Source: a virus. Taken from it: a DNA stretch of 64,000 nucleotides. Position numbers and translations under genes: made by a program. Shown here piece by piece: positions 40,365 through 50,137 of the stretch (positions are counted from its first letter, which is position 1; the number at the start of each line of letters is the position of its first letter). Under the pieces are notes generated by a model. It made no database searches and was not told where the DNA came from. It saw only the letters and a program-made list of their open reading frames with translations. The stretch lies in the IMG/VR virus record IMGVR_UViG_3300034068_000289, positions 4,340 to 68,339 of that record; one strand, 5' to 3'.

Positions 40365-42394
40365 TATTTCACCTTTATCTCGCAGTAGTCTGTTGTACAG
40401 TATGCTTCACCCATTGCTTCTAGGTTATCCACACCGTCGTAAATTGCCCCAAAGTCAATATGTTTTAACTTACCTACATAACTATTATACTCCTCTTCAG
40501 AGATCTGAGTATATGGTTGTTGCGGGTATGTGTGATTTCCCATAGGAAGGAATGAAACTGCCTTTAATTGTCCCTCGTACATATTTAGTGCTGGAACAAT
40601 ATGCTTTGACTCTGTTTCTTTATCAAATGACAGGGTTACAGAAACACCATTATCAGACCAGTACTTTTGAGCGGTTGCAGCAAGAGCAATCTTTTCAAAT
40701 AGTGTTACCTCCTTTTCAGATCTTGGATGACCTGATTTAATTGGGAAATACACTACTGATGTATTTGCTGATACGACGTCGTCTTCAATATTATATCCCG
40801 CTGCTTTAAACAAATGAACCATTGGATCTGTATTACCAAAACGAATAGCACGAAGAAAGAATTCTCCTCCAGGACCCCAGTGAACTCCAGGAGTTGCACC
40901 AGAAAGAATTGAAACTGATCCTGATGGTTTAACTGTTGTTACACGAATTGATTCACGAACACATAGCCATTCAGAGTACTGATGATCATAATGACGTATC
41001 TTGTTGTATCCTTCATCCATCCATTCACGAACAGTTGGCAAACCCTTTTGATCTGCAAATGATGCAATACCTGTTAGTGATGTACCAATGCGACGGTTGC
41101 GTTGCATGATACCGTTTGTCTGTGGCCAGTGTGTTGGAACAAGTGTTACAGTCTTTCCATATAGGTATGCAAACTTCAGGGTACGCAGGAAGTCCTCCTT
41201 AGATTCATGACGATTCAAGTGCACTTCTACAAGTGTACATAATTCATATGATTCTAATGGCTGCTCCGCACAGGGATTAAAGCCCATCACACGATAGTCT
41301 TTTCCATCTGGCGCATCCTTTAGCCTGCCATAATTACGAGCAACATCAAGCCAGATAAAACCTGGTTCTCCGTTTTCTGTAATTAAATCTACATAGTCTT
41401 CGTACTTTGTTCCTACTTCTGCTGAAATAGAATTATTAGACATCCAAGCCCAACCTGGATTCTCTGGATCAAATGAGTTACGCTCTGGGAATAGTTCTGA
41501 ATTCTTTAGATTCATAAATGTTTCATCCCCCGCATTTCCCAAAGCAAGAGTTGCTGAGCGTCTTACGTTACCTGATACCACACAGGTACCAATAAGGTTT
41601 ACAAGGTCTACGATAGCACGAGAGTCTAGTGTTTCACCTGCTCTGGAGCCGATTACACGGTCTATATGGTCGTGCAACTTGATAAGAGGTGCAGGACCTG
41701 ATGCAACGCCTCCAAAGCCCTTAATGGGGGCTCCAAGAGGTCTGATCAAATCATAGTTAAACTTCTGAATGCTCTGGTTTGCTCTAAGATATGAGTTAAT
41801 TAGAAGTCGAACTGACTCTACCCATCCTTCACGAGTGTCTGGGATTTCGAACACCTGTTCAGGTTCTGTTGGGGCATAGATTGCAAAATGCTTATCCTGT
41901 CCCACTGTATCAAACCCTACACCAATGCCAAGCATAAGAGCATCCATAACCCAAGCAAACAACGCTCCTGGATCATTCTTGTCAAGGTCTTTTGTAGATA
42001 CCATTGCACAGTTTTGTAGGGCTGCTGAGTTCTTCTTCTCCATAGTCATAGGAGTTCCAAATGCCCACATGCCTCGTCCTGGTGGTGTCCACTTTAATTC
42101 AAACATTCTTTGGAATGCTTCTTGTGCAGACTTCTGAGCCTTGTAGTCATTCCATGGTAGACGGTTTTCTTTAGCATGGTTCTTTTGAACTGAATACATA
42201 CCCTCGATTACACGACGACAAACTTCGTGCCATCTTTCCTTAGTTCCATCTTCTTTCATGCGAGAATACGTACGAATAAAAGTAATTTCTCCAAGTGAAT
42301 TTTCTGCTGCATCTTTAAACCCAAATGGGCTTTCTTGGTTTTTATATTTTTCTACGAAGTCCTCTGGAAGTTTAAAACTAAAAAAATCTGACAT
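40364..42394 (-). CDS. nrdJ: Class II (adenosylcobalamin-dependent) ribonucleotide reductase
   Basis: PPGRG, LQNC, GNVRRSA, NPCAEQ catalytic loop, TTVKPSG, C-terminal CTTDYC. Confidence 0.93.
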   Translation of the reverse strand: MSDFFSFKLPEDFVEKYKNQESPFGFKDAAENSLGEITFIRTYSRMKEDGTKERWHEVCRRVIEGMYSVQKNHAKENRLPWNDYKAQKSAQEAFQRMFELKWTPPGRGMWAFGTPMTMEKKNSAALQNCAMVSTKDLDKNDPGALFAWVMDALMLGIGVGFDTVGQDKHFAIYAPTEPEQVFEIPDTREGWVESVRLLINSYLRANQSIQKFNYDLIRPLGAPIKGFGGVASGPAPLIKLHDHIDRVIGSRAGETLDSRAIVDLVNLIGTCVVSGNVRRSATLALGNAGDETFMNLKNSELFPERNSFDPENPGWAWMSNNSISAEVGTKYEDYVDLITENGEPGFIWLDVARNYGRLKDAPDGKDYRVMGFNPCAEQPLESYELCTLVEVHLNRHESKEDFLRTLKFAYLYGKTVTLVPTHWPQTNGIMQRNRRIGTSLTGIASFADQKGLPTVREWMDEGYNKIRHYDHQYSEWLCVRESIRVTTVKPSGSVSILSGATPGVHWGPGGEFFLRAIRFGNTDPMVHLFKAAGYNIEDDVVSANTSVVYFPIKSGHPRSEKEVTLFEKIALAATAQKYWSDNGVSVTLSFDKETESKHIVPALNMYEGQLKAVSFLPMGNHTYPQQPYTQISEEEYNSYVGKLKHIDFGAIYDGVDNLEAMGEAYCTTDYCEIKVK

Positions 42395-42485
42395 AATGTG
42401 TATCGTCCTTTCAAAAACGGATTAAGTGTTAAGTATAGCAGAGTTTTCAAAAAAACAAAACTCTACCTAAAGGTGTTATTGAGAG

Positions 42486-42629
42486 TTAGTTAAAACTCAT
42501 ACCTCTGTGAGCATCTTTTGTTTTTTTAGTAAGTTTATTAAATGTAACAGTTTGTTCTATTCCAGTTACTGGACATTTTTGAATTGATGTTCGATACCCA
42601 AGAATGTGCAAGAAAAACTTCTTTATCAT
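42486..42629 (-). CDS. Small protein (47 aa, not in ORF track)
   Basis: MIKKFFLHILGYRTSIQKCPVTG...; ATGA overlap with the upstream oxygenase. Confidence 0.55.
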   Translation of the reverse strand: MIKKFFLHILGYRTSIQKCPVTGIEQTVTFNKLTKKTKDAHRGMSFN

Positions 42630-43261
42630 ATGATAGGAACCCAATGCTGCTCTGGAGATCCTTGCATATTCTTTAGTGGAGATATATCGTAGGCAATAGT
42701 AATTCTATCTTTTTCAAATGGCCAGTTACTTATTCCGTGTGCATGCCCAGTTTCTGAAATAATTGCACGATTATTAACATTTACATTCAAGAATTCTGTT
42801 TCACCAGATATAAGATACTTAGTATATGAAGGCTCTGCATTGACACAGTAGTATCCATGAAAATCAGGTGCTCCTTGACCATTTAGGTGGTCATGTAAGT
42901 AGTTGTTTGGGAGTGGCTCTGGCTTGCTATTCTTATCAGAATTAAACCATCCCTGAATCATATAGTTTTGCTCTTCAGCATTAATACCATAGTGTTCGCA
43001 TGCCTCTAGGACCATGTCCCTGATAGCCTTGTAAAGTTCTCTAATGTTCTCATTGTGGAACTGAAAGATATTATACTTTTCCCCCAACTGAGTGGTGAAT
43101 GAAGATCTATCAACTAACTCATAGTCAGAATTAGTTACCCCTGGCACATTTTCAGATGAGAGTCTTTGCTTAAGATCAAGCAAGTATGTCTCAAAGTTTC
43201 CAAGATCTAAGTCTAGGTGTCTTTCAAAAAACTTATGCTGAGGCTTCGACATCGCTATCAT
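42626..43261 (-). CDS. Putative 2OG-Fe(II) oxygenase
   Basis: GWFN...HDH...HGYY...H...RITIAYD; paralogue of 43258-43917. Confidence 0.75.
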   Translation of the reverse strand: MIAMSKPQHKFFERHLDLDLGNFETYLLDLKQRLSSENVPGVTNSDYELVDRSSFTTQLGEKYNIFQFHNENIRELYKAIRDMVLEACEHYGINAEEQNYMIQGWFNSDKNSKPEPLPNNYLHDHLNGQGAPDFHGYYCVNAEPSYTKYLISGETEFLNVNVNNRAIISETGHAHGISNWPFEKDRITIAYDISPLKNMQGSPEQHWVPII

Positions 43262-43917
43262 GCAAGAGGAATCCAATGCTGTTCTTGATCCATTCCAAAC
43301 CTTTGAATATCTCTTAGCGGAATAACGTCATATGCAACCGTAATTCTTGGACCTTCCCAATCCCAGTCTGCCATAGAGTGTGGGTGACCCATCTCCGAAA
43401 GTATTGCACGATCATTCTTGTTGTGATTCTCAATTTCTTTATCAAAAACCTTGTAGTATGTAATTGAAGGCTCTGCGCTTACAGAGTAATATCCGTGGAA
43501 GTTTGGAGCACCTGTTGGACCATGATCATGCCAGTCTAGTTTTCCTTTGCCTGCATGCGTAATGTTAAACCATCCCTGTAACATAAACTTTTCTTTTTCA
43601 AAGTCAACTCCGTAGTAATCACAAGCCTCAATAGTCATGTCTTTAACAGCCTTGTATAAATTATAAATACCAGTTGAGTGGAATTGGAAAACATTATACT
43701 GTCTCCACTTCATTGTTGACACACTATTAGATTGCTTCCATGCTTCGTTAGCCCCTACTGGAGTTACACCTACAACCTTTGCTTTTTCAATCTTTTCGTA
43801 TCTGTCCTGTAGTTCTGATGCTAGGACTGATAGATTATTATCAAGGTATCTTTCAAAAAACTTATGTGGTTGAGTGGACTTGCTCACACTCTGAATATCC
43901 GTTGGATAGTTGTTCAT
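43258..43917 (-). CDS. Putative 2OG-Fe(II) oxygenase
   Basis: GWFN...WHDH...HGYY...HPH...RITVAYD. Confidence 0.75.
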   Translation of the reverse strand: MNNYPTDIQSVSKSTQPHKFFERYLDNNLSVLASELQDRYEKIEKAKVVGVTPVGANEAWKQSNSVSTMKWRQYNVFQFHSTGIYNLYKAVKDMTIEACDYYGVDFEKEKFMLQGWFNITHAGKGKLDWHDHGPTGAPNFHGYYSVSAEPSITYYKVFDKEIENHNKNDRAILSEMGHPHSMADWDWEGPRITVAYDVIPLRDIQRFGMDQEQHWIPLA

Positions 43918-43957
43918 TATTACTCCCTTTGCTATTTATACTAGTATACCATATTGG

Positions 43958-44674
43958 TTAAAGTGGCTTTGGATTAGACCTTTTTACCATCTCATATAAA
44001 ATTATATCATGCTGGTTTAGTTCTTTAATCCTGTTAATCATTTTATCAGTTATGTCAAACCTTTTAGAGGTGCTTGAGTTAAACTTAGCATCCCTATTAT
44101 CAAAATTGGGAACAAACCCATAGTTATTGCTCATATATCTTGTAATGTCGTCAAGAAGAATATCCCTAGTCTCTACGGTGTAACAACTAACAGAGTTAAC
44201 CTTATCCTGCATAACTGATTCATCAAAGGAATAGTCTTTAAGCAGCCACCCATTCATGGTCTTGTCCATTACACTTCTAGTGTTATTAAATCTTTCTTCA
44301 TCGACTGTCCCCGTTAAAAATTTTGTTTGCATATCTGAAAGGTGTGGATATATTTCTGGGTTGTATAACCACTCGTCAAATATCTTTTCAAGTTCCTCAA
44401 AACTTTTAGAGTTTTCATACATAAAGAAAAACCAACTAATGAATCTGTCAACTGGATCTCTAAAGATAGAAAAAGATTTTAAATTTTTAATAAATAGACT
44501 AGGATAGTTTCCTAAGTGCCCAGAAATAAACTCAACATCTTTAAACATATCTTGACTGATTGGTTTATTATGATATACAACTGCCGACCTTAAACCATTA
44601 GTTTGAAAAGCCAAATGGACCCCAGATCTAATAAATAGACCTGAAGTCCTTGGCAAGTGCTGATGATAAAGGAT
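43958..44674 (-). CDS. Sulfotransferase-family protein
   Basis: The frame extends upstream of the called TTG to give H-L-P-R-T-S-G (5'-PSB-like). Also SGH, FRDPVDRFISW (3'-PB-like) and N..D..LY. Confidence 0.8.
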   Translation of the reverse strand: MLYHQHLPRTSGLFIRSGVHLAFQTNGLRSAVVYHNKPISQDMFKDVEFISGHLGNYPSLFIKNLKSFSIFRDPVDRFISWFFFMYENSKSFEELEKIFDEWLYNPEIYPHLSDMQTKFLTGTVDEERFNNTRSVMDKTMNGWLLKDYSFDESVMQDKVNSVSCYTVETRDILLDDITRYMSNNYGFVPNFDNRDAKFNSSTSKRFDITDKMINRIKELNQHDIILYEMVKRSNPKPL

Positions 44675-46035
44675 TAAACTGCCTTGTAATTGTGAACTAG
44701 CATATTTCCAGCAATGAATGTGTCAACTGGTTCCATATCAAATTTGTAAACTGTTGATGGAGTTTCATCAATTTCAATTGATGCTACTGTAATTTCATTG
44801 AACGAGTGGAAGTTATAGTCATATTCCATAACAATATCTCCTACTTCAAGAAGTCCTGTAGTTATGTATCCATAGATACCGTTGCGCTTATACAAAATTC
44901 CCTGTACTGTTGAATACTTCTTTGTGCTGTCTCCATTAATTGTCAACGTTGCTGGCATTTCTTTTTCAACTACTGAAGCAACTGTTGTTTTAACAATTTT
45001 TTGGTTATGCAATCCTGGAAGTGCCATAGTGTATGGATCAACTTCGCCTTCGTCATCCATTTCATCGAATGAGTGTGCCCAGACTTCTTGTCCAGTAACA
45101 ACATCCTTTGCAGGAATTTGGATATATGAGTCTTCTGGACCAACAACTGATACTAAAGTATCAGGAGCAATACATCCTCCTCTTCCTGGTGAGAAGCCGA
45201 ATACACCAAATGGTGAGAATCCGAATACTCCAAACGGAGAGAAACCAAATGGTGAGAATCCGAATACACCGAACGGAGAGAATCCGAACACACCGAACGG
45301 AGAGAATCCAAATGGTGAGAAGCCGAACACGCCGAATGGTGAGAATCCAAATACTCCGAATGGTGAGAAGCCGAACACTGAGAACGGTACGAATGAGAAC
45401 GTTGTAACAGATGCTGAGAATGCTGACCATTCTGACCAACCATGCTCATTGTATGCTCTTACACGATATGTCTGTGCTGTTCCTGCTTCTTGTGAAATGT
45501 TTGTTGTAAGAGCGTTAATTGTTGCAGTCTTTCCATCAGATGATTCCACCTGATAGTTAGTAATTGCTGCTCCTCCATTATCTGCTGGTGCTGACCATGA
45601 AACTGTGTCATAGGTTGCACTAGTTGGTGAAGATGCTGTAACTCCTGTTGGAGCATCTGGAACACCTGCAACACTTGCATTGGTCTGTGAAGACGATACA
45701 GATGTCGTATCCTGTGTCTCTTGTGCAAGTCTTGCTACTGCAATAATTGTGAAAGCATAAGACGCTCCCGCTCTAAGACCTGTCACTGTGTATGGTGATG
45801 AGGTTACTCCTGTAAATGTCTTTGTGCCATATATTGAGTTAGCGAAAATTGTATAAGAAGAAGGAGTGGAACCCATAGCGTTCTTATTAAATGCAACGCT
45901 GGCTGTTGAAGACATGTATGCCCCACCAAAGCCTGGTGTTACGCTTGTAATAAACGGCTGCCCTGGGGCTACACCCCAAAAACTTACTGCTGACTTGGCA
46001 CGTTTTCCGCCCTTGCCACCTTTACGAATTGCCAT
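44674..46035 (-). CDS. Fn3-domain protein with (FSPFGVFG)n repeats and a C-terminal Hint domain
   Basis: Two Fn3-like domains (TVTGL...Y.F.I.A; W.AP.DNGG..IT.Y), nine FSP repeats, then GG|CIAPDT...LVHN. Confidence 0.85.
   Translation of the reverse strand: MAIRKGGKGGKRAKSAVSFWGVAPGQPFITSVTPGFGGAYMSSTASVAFNKNAMGSTPSSYTIFANSIYGTKTFTGVTSSPYTVTGLRAGASYAFTIIAVARLAQETQDTTSVSSSQTNASVAGVPDAPTGVTASSPTSATYDTVSWSAPADNGGAAITNYQVESSDGKTATINALTTNISQEAGTAQTYRVRAYNEHGWSEWSAFSASVTTFSFVPFSVFGFSPFGVFGFSPFGVFGFSPFGFSPFGVFGFSPFGVFGFSPFGFSPFGVFGFSPFGVFGFSPGRGGCIAPDTLVSVVGPEDSYIQIPAKDVVTGQEVWAHSFDEMDDEGEVDPYTMALPGLHNQKIVKTTVASVVEKEMPATLTINGDSTKKYSTVQGILYKRNGIYGYITTGLLEVGDIVMEYDYNFHSFNEITVASIEIDETPSTVYKFDMEPVDTFIAGNMLVHNYKAV
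45187..45402 (-). repeat. Coding tandem repeat, 24- and 15-nt units (FSPFGVFG / FSPFG)
   Basis: Units differ at synonymous positions while the peptide is preserved. Confidence 0.9.
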
Positions 46036-46067
46036 ATGTTTCTCCTTTTTTTCCTATTAAATTTGTA

Positions 46068-47480
46068 TTACGCTGTCAAGTCGCCAGAAACGATCCAAGT
46101 ATCTGTATCACGCTTGATCAATGTTGCCATTGAGTAACGATCACGGAACTTGAGTCCTGGTGTTTTGAGAATTGTAACTCCTGAAGCAGCAACGATTGTT
46201 GTCTGCCCTGTGCCCTTTTGGAATACATCGATTGATGAACCAATATTGAAGGCAACTGAAGCATTTGTAGGAACTGTAACAGTGTTTGCTGATGCTGATT
46301 CCATTTCTACTACATTTCCTTCGTCTGCAAGAACTAAAGTGTAAGAAGTTGTCTTGTTATTGAATGATGCCAATGTTGCTGCTGTTAGTTCAGCCTTGCT
46401 TGCCTTTAGAGCAAGAGCATTTGTCATTGTTGTTGAGAAGTTTGCATCGCTACCAAGCGCTGCTGCCAACTCATTAAGTGTATCAAGTGCTGCTGGAGCA
46501 GATGCTACAAGTGCTGAAACTGCTGTTCCTACGAACGCTGTTGTTGCTACCTGTGTAGTATTTGTTCCTGCTGCTGCTGTTGGAGCAGTTGGTGTACCAG
46601 TGAAATCTGGTGATGCAAGTGCTGCCTTAAGATTATCTGCTGTATCTACGTATGACTTAGTTGCAAGAAGTGCTGTGTCAGCAATTCCGTGTACGTTTGT
46701 TGTGTCTGCCTCATGCGCTGCAACAGCGTCATCTGCATATGTCTTTGTAGCAAGAGCAGTTGTATCGGTAATTCCGTGTACGTTTGCTGTTGCTGAATTA
46801 TGTGTTGAGATTGCTGTTCCACGGCTTGTGGCTTCAGTTGTTCCTACTGCATCAGCATAAACCTTTGTAGCAAGAAGTGCTGTGTCAGCAATTCCGTGAA
46901 CATTAGTTTGATCTGCATTGTGAGTATTAACTTCTGCAAGTGCTGCTGCATCTGCCTTAGCCTGTGCTCCAGTTGTTGTTTCTAGAAGTGCAGTATTTGC
47001 AATTCCGTGTACATCTGTTGTGTCTGTTGAGTGAGTTCCAATCAATGTGTTAACACTTGCTGTTGTAGCAAGAAGTCCTGTATCTGCAATACCATGGACA
47101 TCAGTTGTATCTGAATTGTGTGCTGCTACCTGGGACGAAACAAAAGTAACTGCATCTGCAAGTTCCTTAAGTGTGTCAAGTGCTTCTGGTGCTGATGCGA
47201 TAAGGTGTGTAAGATATCCAAGTGGAATCTTTCCTCCGCCATCAAGTGGGGCTACGCCGTTATTTGCGCCCTTTGATGTTAGTGGGACGTAATCATCAAG
47301 AGTACCGCCCAAGTCTTCTAAGTTCTTAAAGTAGGAGAGATCTGACCATGCATTAACGCCATCACCAATTTTGAACTGGTTGGTGTCTGTCTCGTATCCA
47401 ATTTCTCCTGCTGCCAAAATTGGATCTGCTGCCGTCCATTGGGCTGCAGTTCCTCTGCGCTGTTGCATTCTAGTTGCCAT
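46068..47480 (-). CDS. Tail fibre protein with VHGI repeats and a C-terminal adaptor domain
   Basis: N-terminal RRGTAAQW...GEIGYETDT, five D/NVHGI.(D/N)T repeats, APAALDTLNELAAAL, C-terminal ATLIK...W...GDL. Confidence 0.8.
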   Translation of the reverse strand: MATRMQQRRGTAAQWTAADPILAAGEIGYETDTNQFKIGDGVNAWSDLSYFKNLEDLGGTLDDYVPLTSKGANNGVAPLDGGGKIPLGYLTHLIASAPEALDTLKELADAVTFVSSQVAAHNSDTTDVHGIADTGLLATTASVNTLIGTHSTDTTDVHGIANTALLETTTGAQAKADAAALAEVNTHNADQTNVHGIADTALLATKVYADAVGTTEATSRGTAISTHNSATANVHGITDTTALATKTYADDAVAAHEADTTNVHGIADTALLATKSYVDTADNLKAALASPDFTGTPTAPTAAAGTNTTQVATTAFVGTAVSALVASAPAALDTLNELAAALGSDANFSTTMTNALALKASKAELTAATLASFNNKTTSYTLVLADEGNVVEMESASANTVTVPTNASVAFNIGSSIDVFQKGTGQTTIVAASGVTILKTPGLKFRDRYSMATLIKRDTDTWIVSGDLTA

Positions 47481-47539
47481 TTATATTCTCCTTTTATCCG
47501 TTCTGCGGATGTCTTTCTGTACTATTATAACATCAATTT

Positions 47540-48004
47540 TTAATTGAAGTTATCTACTGCTGAACCACCATCGAATGAATATTCCCAAGTAGTTGAACTT
47601 GGAGATCCTCCATCGAGACCTGTTCCTTGCGGACTATTGAAACTTCCACCCTCACGGAATGTTGTAACAATAAATCCTGTTCCATCGATTGCTGTATCGT
47701 GGATATGCTCTGGTAGATTTAGTGTGTCATCTATTGCAGCAAGTGTTACCCATCCTGCTGAAGAATAAACATTAACTCTATTAGTTAAAGAGTCTAGCCA
47801 AAGTGCACCCACGATTGGGTTAGAAGGAGCGGTTGCACCTGAAGCCATTTGACTTGCTTTTGAATCTACATATGCCTTTGTTGCTGCATCAGTTTCAGAT
47901 ACTGGTGTTGCCACCTGTACTGTTCCCCCGAAAACCGCAGTTCCTGCGACCTGTAGTCCATTTTTTACTTTGAAGTCTTTATTGACTGTAGCCAAAGTGA
48001 TCAC
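47540..48004 (-). CDS. Short fibre/appendage protein
   Basis: VNKDFKVKNGL N-terminus shared with the 48028 gene; AATKAYVD; DGG repeats. Confidence 0.65.
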   Translation of the reverse strand: MITLATVNKDFKVKNGLQVAGTAVFGGTVQVATPVSETDAATKAYVDSKASQMASGATAPSNPIVGALWLDSLTNRVNVYSSAGWVTLAAIDDTLNLPEHIHDTAIDGTGFIVTTFREGGSFNSPQGTGLDGGSPSSTTWEYSFDGGSAVDNFN

Positions 48005-48027
48005 GCCCCTTTATTATTTTAATTTTG

Positions 48028-50121
48028 TTAAGCAATAAGAGTTCCAGCAACGAATACATCTGATGATGCGTTAATTGTTGTTACCCGAATTCTTGCGTTA
48101 GCACCATCTACGTCTGCTGTAACTGTGGCAAGTGTGCCATTTGTTCCAACAAGTGCGTATTCTGTGATAGCAATGTTATTTGAAGTATCAAGTGTTAGAA
48201 GCAACTCTGAGATTTCAGTGTGTGTTCCATTCTTGATTTTTACAAGGACCTTAGCAGATCTGAAATCTGCATGTGCCCAAGAGAACGCTGTTGCTGTTGA
48301 TGCTGTTGGAACTGCAACTGTTGCTGCGAATTCCTTTGCAATTGTACCCAACTTAACTGCTAGGTATGTTGGTGATGCTGTTGCATCTCCGTTTGCGATT
48401 GCTGTTGTTACAGATCCGCCAACTGCTGTTAATGCACGAGCATTTGTGAAGTAGAGGTTTGAAGTTCCTTCTTCAATTGCATCTGTGTCGATTGCATTAA
48501 TTGCTGAAGTAAGTGCTCCTGCTGTTGCTGCAATTGCTCTAGCATCTGTGAAGTACTTGTTTGTTCCTTCTTCAATGTCTGAAGTTGAAAGAGCATCTAC
48601 GGCTGTAGTAATTGCTGAGTTACGTGCTGATACTTCAGTTGAGATAAGTCCATCAGCATAAGTCTTTGCTGCATCACGCTTAGTTGATGCATCAGTCGCT
48701 GCTGCAGAGATTGCTTCTGACTTTGCAGTTGCAATTTCAGATGTTACTGCTGTACGAACTGCTGTATCTGCTGATGTTGCAAATGATTCTGCTGCAGATT
48801 GTGCAGCATTTGCCTTAGATGTTGCGTCAGTGGCTGCTGCTGACTGAGCAGCATTTGCCTTAGTAGTAGCATCTGTTGCTGCTGCTGACTGTGCTGCGTT
48901 AGCCTTATTTGTAGCATCTGTTGCTGCGGTTGCTTCTGCTGCAGACTGTGCAGCATTTGCTTTTGAAGTAGCATCTGCTGAAGCAGTTGATACTGAAGTA
49001 GTTGCTGCATCATCCACATACTTCTTTGTTGCTGCTTGTAGGTCTACTGTTGGTGCACCTGAAAGAGTAAGTGCTCCAGTTAATGTTCCGCCAGCAAGTG
49101 GAAGTTTAGTTCCAACAAGATTTGTAAGGTTTGAAACTGTGTCTGGTGAATCAGCAAGTGCTGCTGCTAACTCGTTAAGAGTATCAAGTGCTGCAGGTGC
49201 TGAGTCAACAACGGCTGCGACTGCAGTTGAAATTGCTGAGTTACGGTTAGTAACTTCTGTAGCAATTGCTGATGAGATTGCAGAGTTACGATCAGTAACT
49301 TCTGTTGCAATCTTTCCATCTGTGTATGTGTTAGCATCTGAAAGTGCTGCGTTAGCCTTTGAAGTTGCATCTGCTGAGGCGACTCCTTCTGCTGCAGTCT
49401 TTGCTGTTGCAATTGCTGTTGTACGAGCACTTGCTTCTGCTGAAACCTTTGAAGTAGCATCTGCTGAGGCAGTTGCTTCTGCTGCTGCTTGAGCAGCGTT
49501 AGCCTTTGAAGTAGCATCTGATGCTGCAGCGGTTGTTGCTGCTGTCTGTGCATCTGAAGCCTTTCCATCAGCGTAAGACTTTGTTGCAAGAAGTGCAGTG
49601 TCTGCAATTCCATGCACGTCTGTTGTATCTGAATTATGTGTTGAAAGTGCTGATGCTGCTGTTGCTTCCGCACCAGACTTTGCTGCATCTGCCTTTGTAG
49701 TTGCATCTGTTGCTGCAGAAGAAATAGCCTGTGACTTTGCTGTAGCAACTTCTGCGTCTGTTGCAAAATCTGCATTGAGAGTTGTTGTGATTGTGATTCC
49801 TGCTGAACCATCAAAGTTTGCAGTACCTGAAACATCTCCAGATAAAGCAATTGCTCTTGGTGTAGCCAATGTTGATGCTGTTGATGCGTTACCAGTTAAT
49901 GCTGCAGTGATTGTTCCTGCTGCGAAGTTACCTGATGCATCACGCTTTACTACCTTGTTTGCAACGTTAGCAGAATCTGCTCCGCCACCAGCAAGTGCGA
50001 CGATGTAATCAAGGTCTGCTTGCTTCTTTGTTAATACGTCTGAGCCACCGACTGTTGCGGATGCGCCTTCAACGATAAGACCATTCTTGATCTTAAAATC
50101 TTTATTTACTGTAGATGCCAT
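48028..50121 (-). CDS. Long Ala/Thr-rich tail fibre protein
   Basis: DAT(S/T)KANAA repeats, RDASGNFAAG, EGTNKYFT motifs; C-terminal domain shared with the 50138 gene. Confidence 0.8.
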   Translation of the reverse strand: MASTVNKDFKIKNGLIVEGASATVGGSDVLTKKQADLDYIVALAGGGADSANVANKVVKRDASGNFAAGTITAALTGNASTASTLATPRAIALSGDVSGTANFDGSAGITITTTLNADFATDAEVATAKSQAISSAATDATTKADAAKSGAEATAASALSTHNSDTTDVHGIADTALLATKSYADGKASDAQTAATTAAASDATSKANAAQAAAEATASADATSKVSAEASARTTAIATAKTAAEGVASADATSKANAALSDANTYTDGKIATEVTDRNSAISSAIATEVTNRNSAISTAVAAVVDSAPAALDTLNELAAALADSPDTVSNLTNLVGTKLPLAGGTLTGALTLSGAPTVDLQAATKKYVDDAATTSVSTASADATSKANAAQSAAEATAATDATNKANAAQSAAATDATTKANAAQSAAATDATSKANAAQSAAESFATSADTAVRTAVTSEIATAKSEAISAAATDASTKRDAAKTYADGLISTEVSARNSAITTAVDALSTSDIEEGTNKYFTDARAIAATAGALTSAINAIDTDAIEEGTSNLYFTNARALTAVGGSVTTAIANGDATASPTYLAVKLGTIAKEFAATVAVPTASTATAFSWAHADFRSAKVLVKIKNGTHTEISELLLTLDTSNNIAITEYALVGTNGTLATVTADVDGANARIRVTTINASSDVFVAGTLIA

Positions 50122-50137
50122 TTTTTATATCTCCTTA

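Noticed and set aside
40425-40433. Isolated DnaA box in nrdJ (another at 61592-61600)
   Set aside because: Single matches inside coding sequence are compatible with chance.
42395-42485. Cobalamin riboswitch or NrdR box upstream of nrdJ
   Set aside because: Too short, with no recognisable B12 box; only an AGAGTTTT...AAAACTCT inverted repeat and an extended -10.
44882-45553. Plus-strand (NTPNGE)n ORF and other alternative-frame repeat ORFs
   Set aside because: Shadow frames of the FSPFGVFG repeat; synonymous variation preserves the minus-strand frame.
46068-47480. Diversity-generating retroelement target (Mtd-like N-terminus)
   Set aside because: No reverse transcriptase and no template/variable repeat pair with adenine-specific differences seen.
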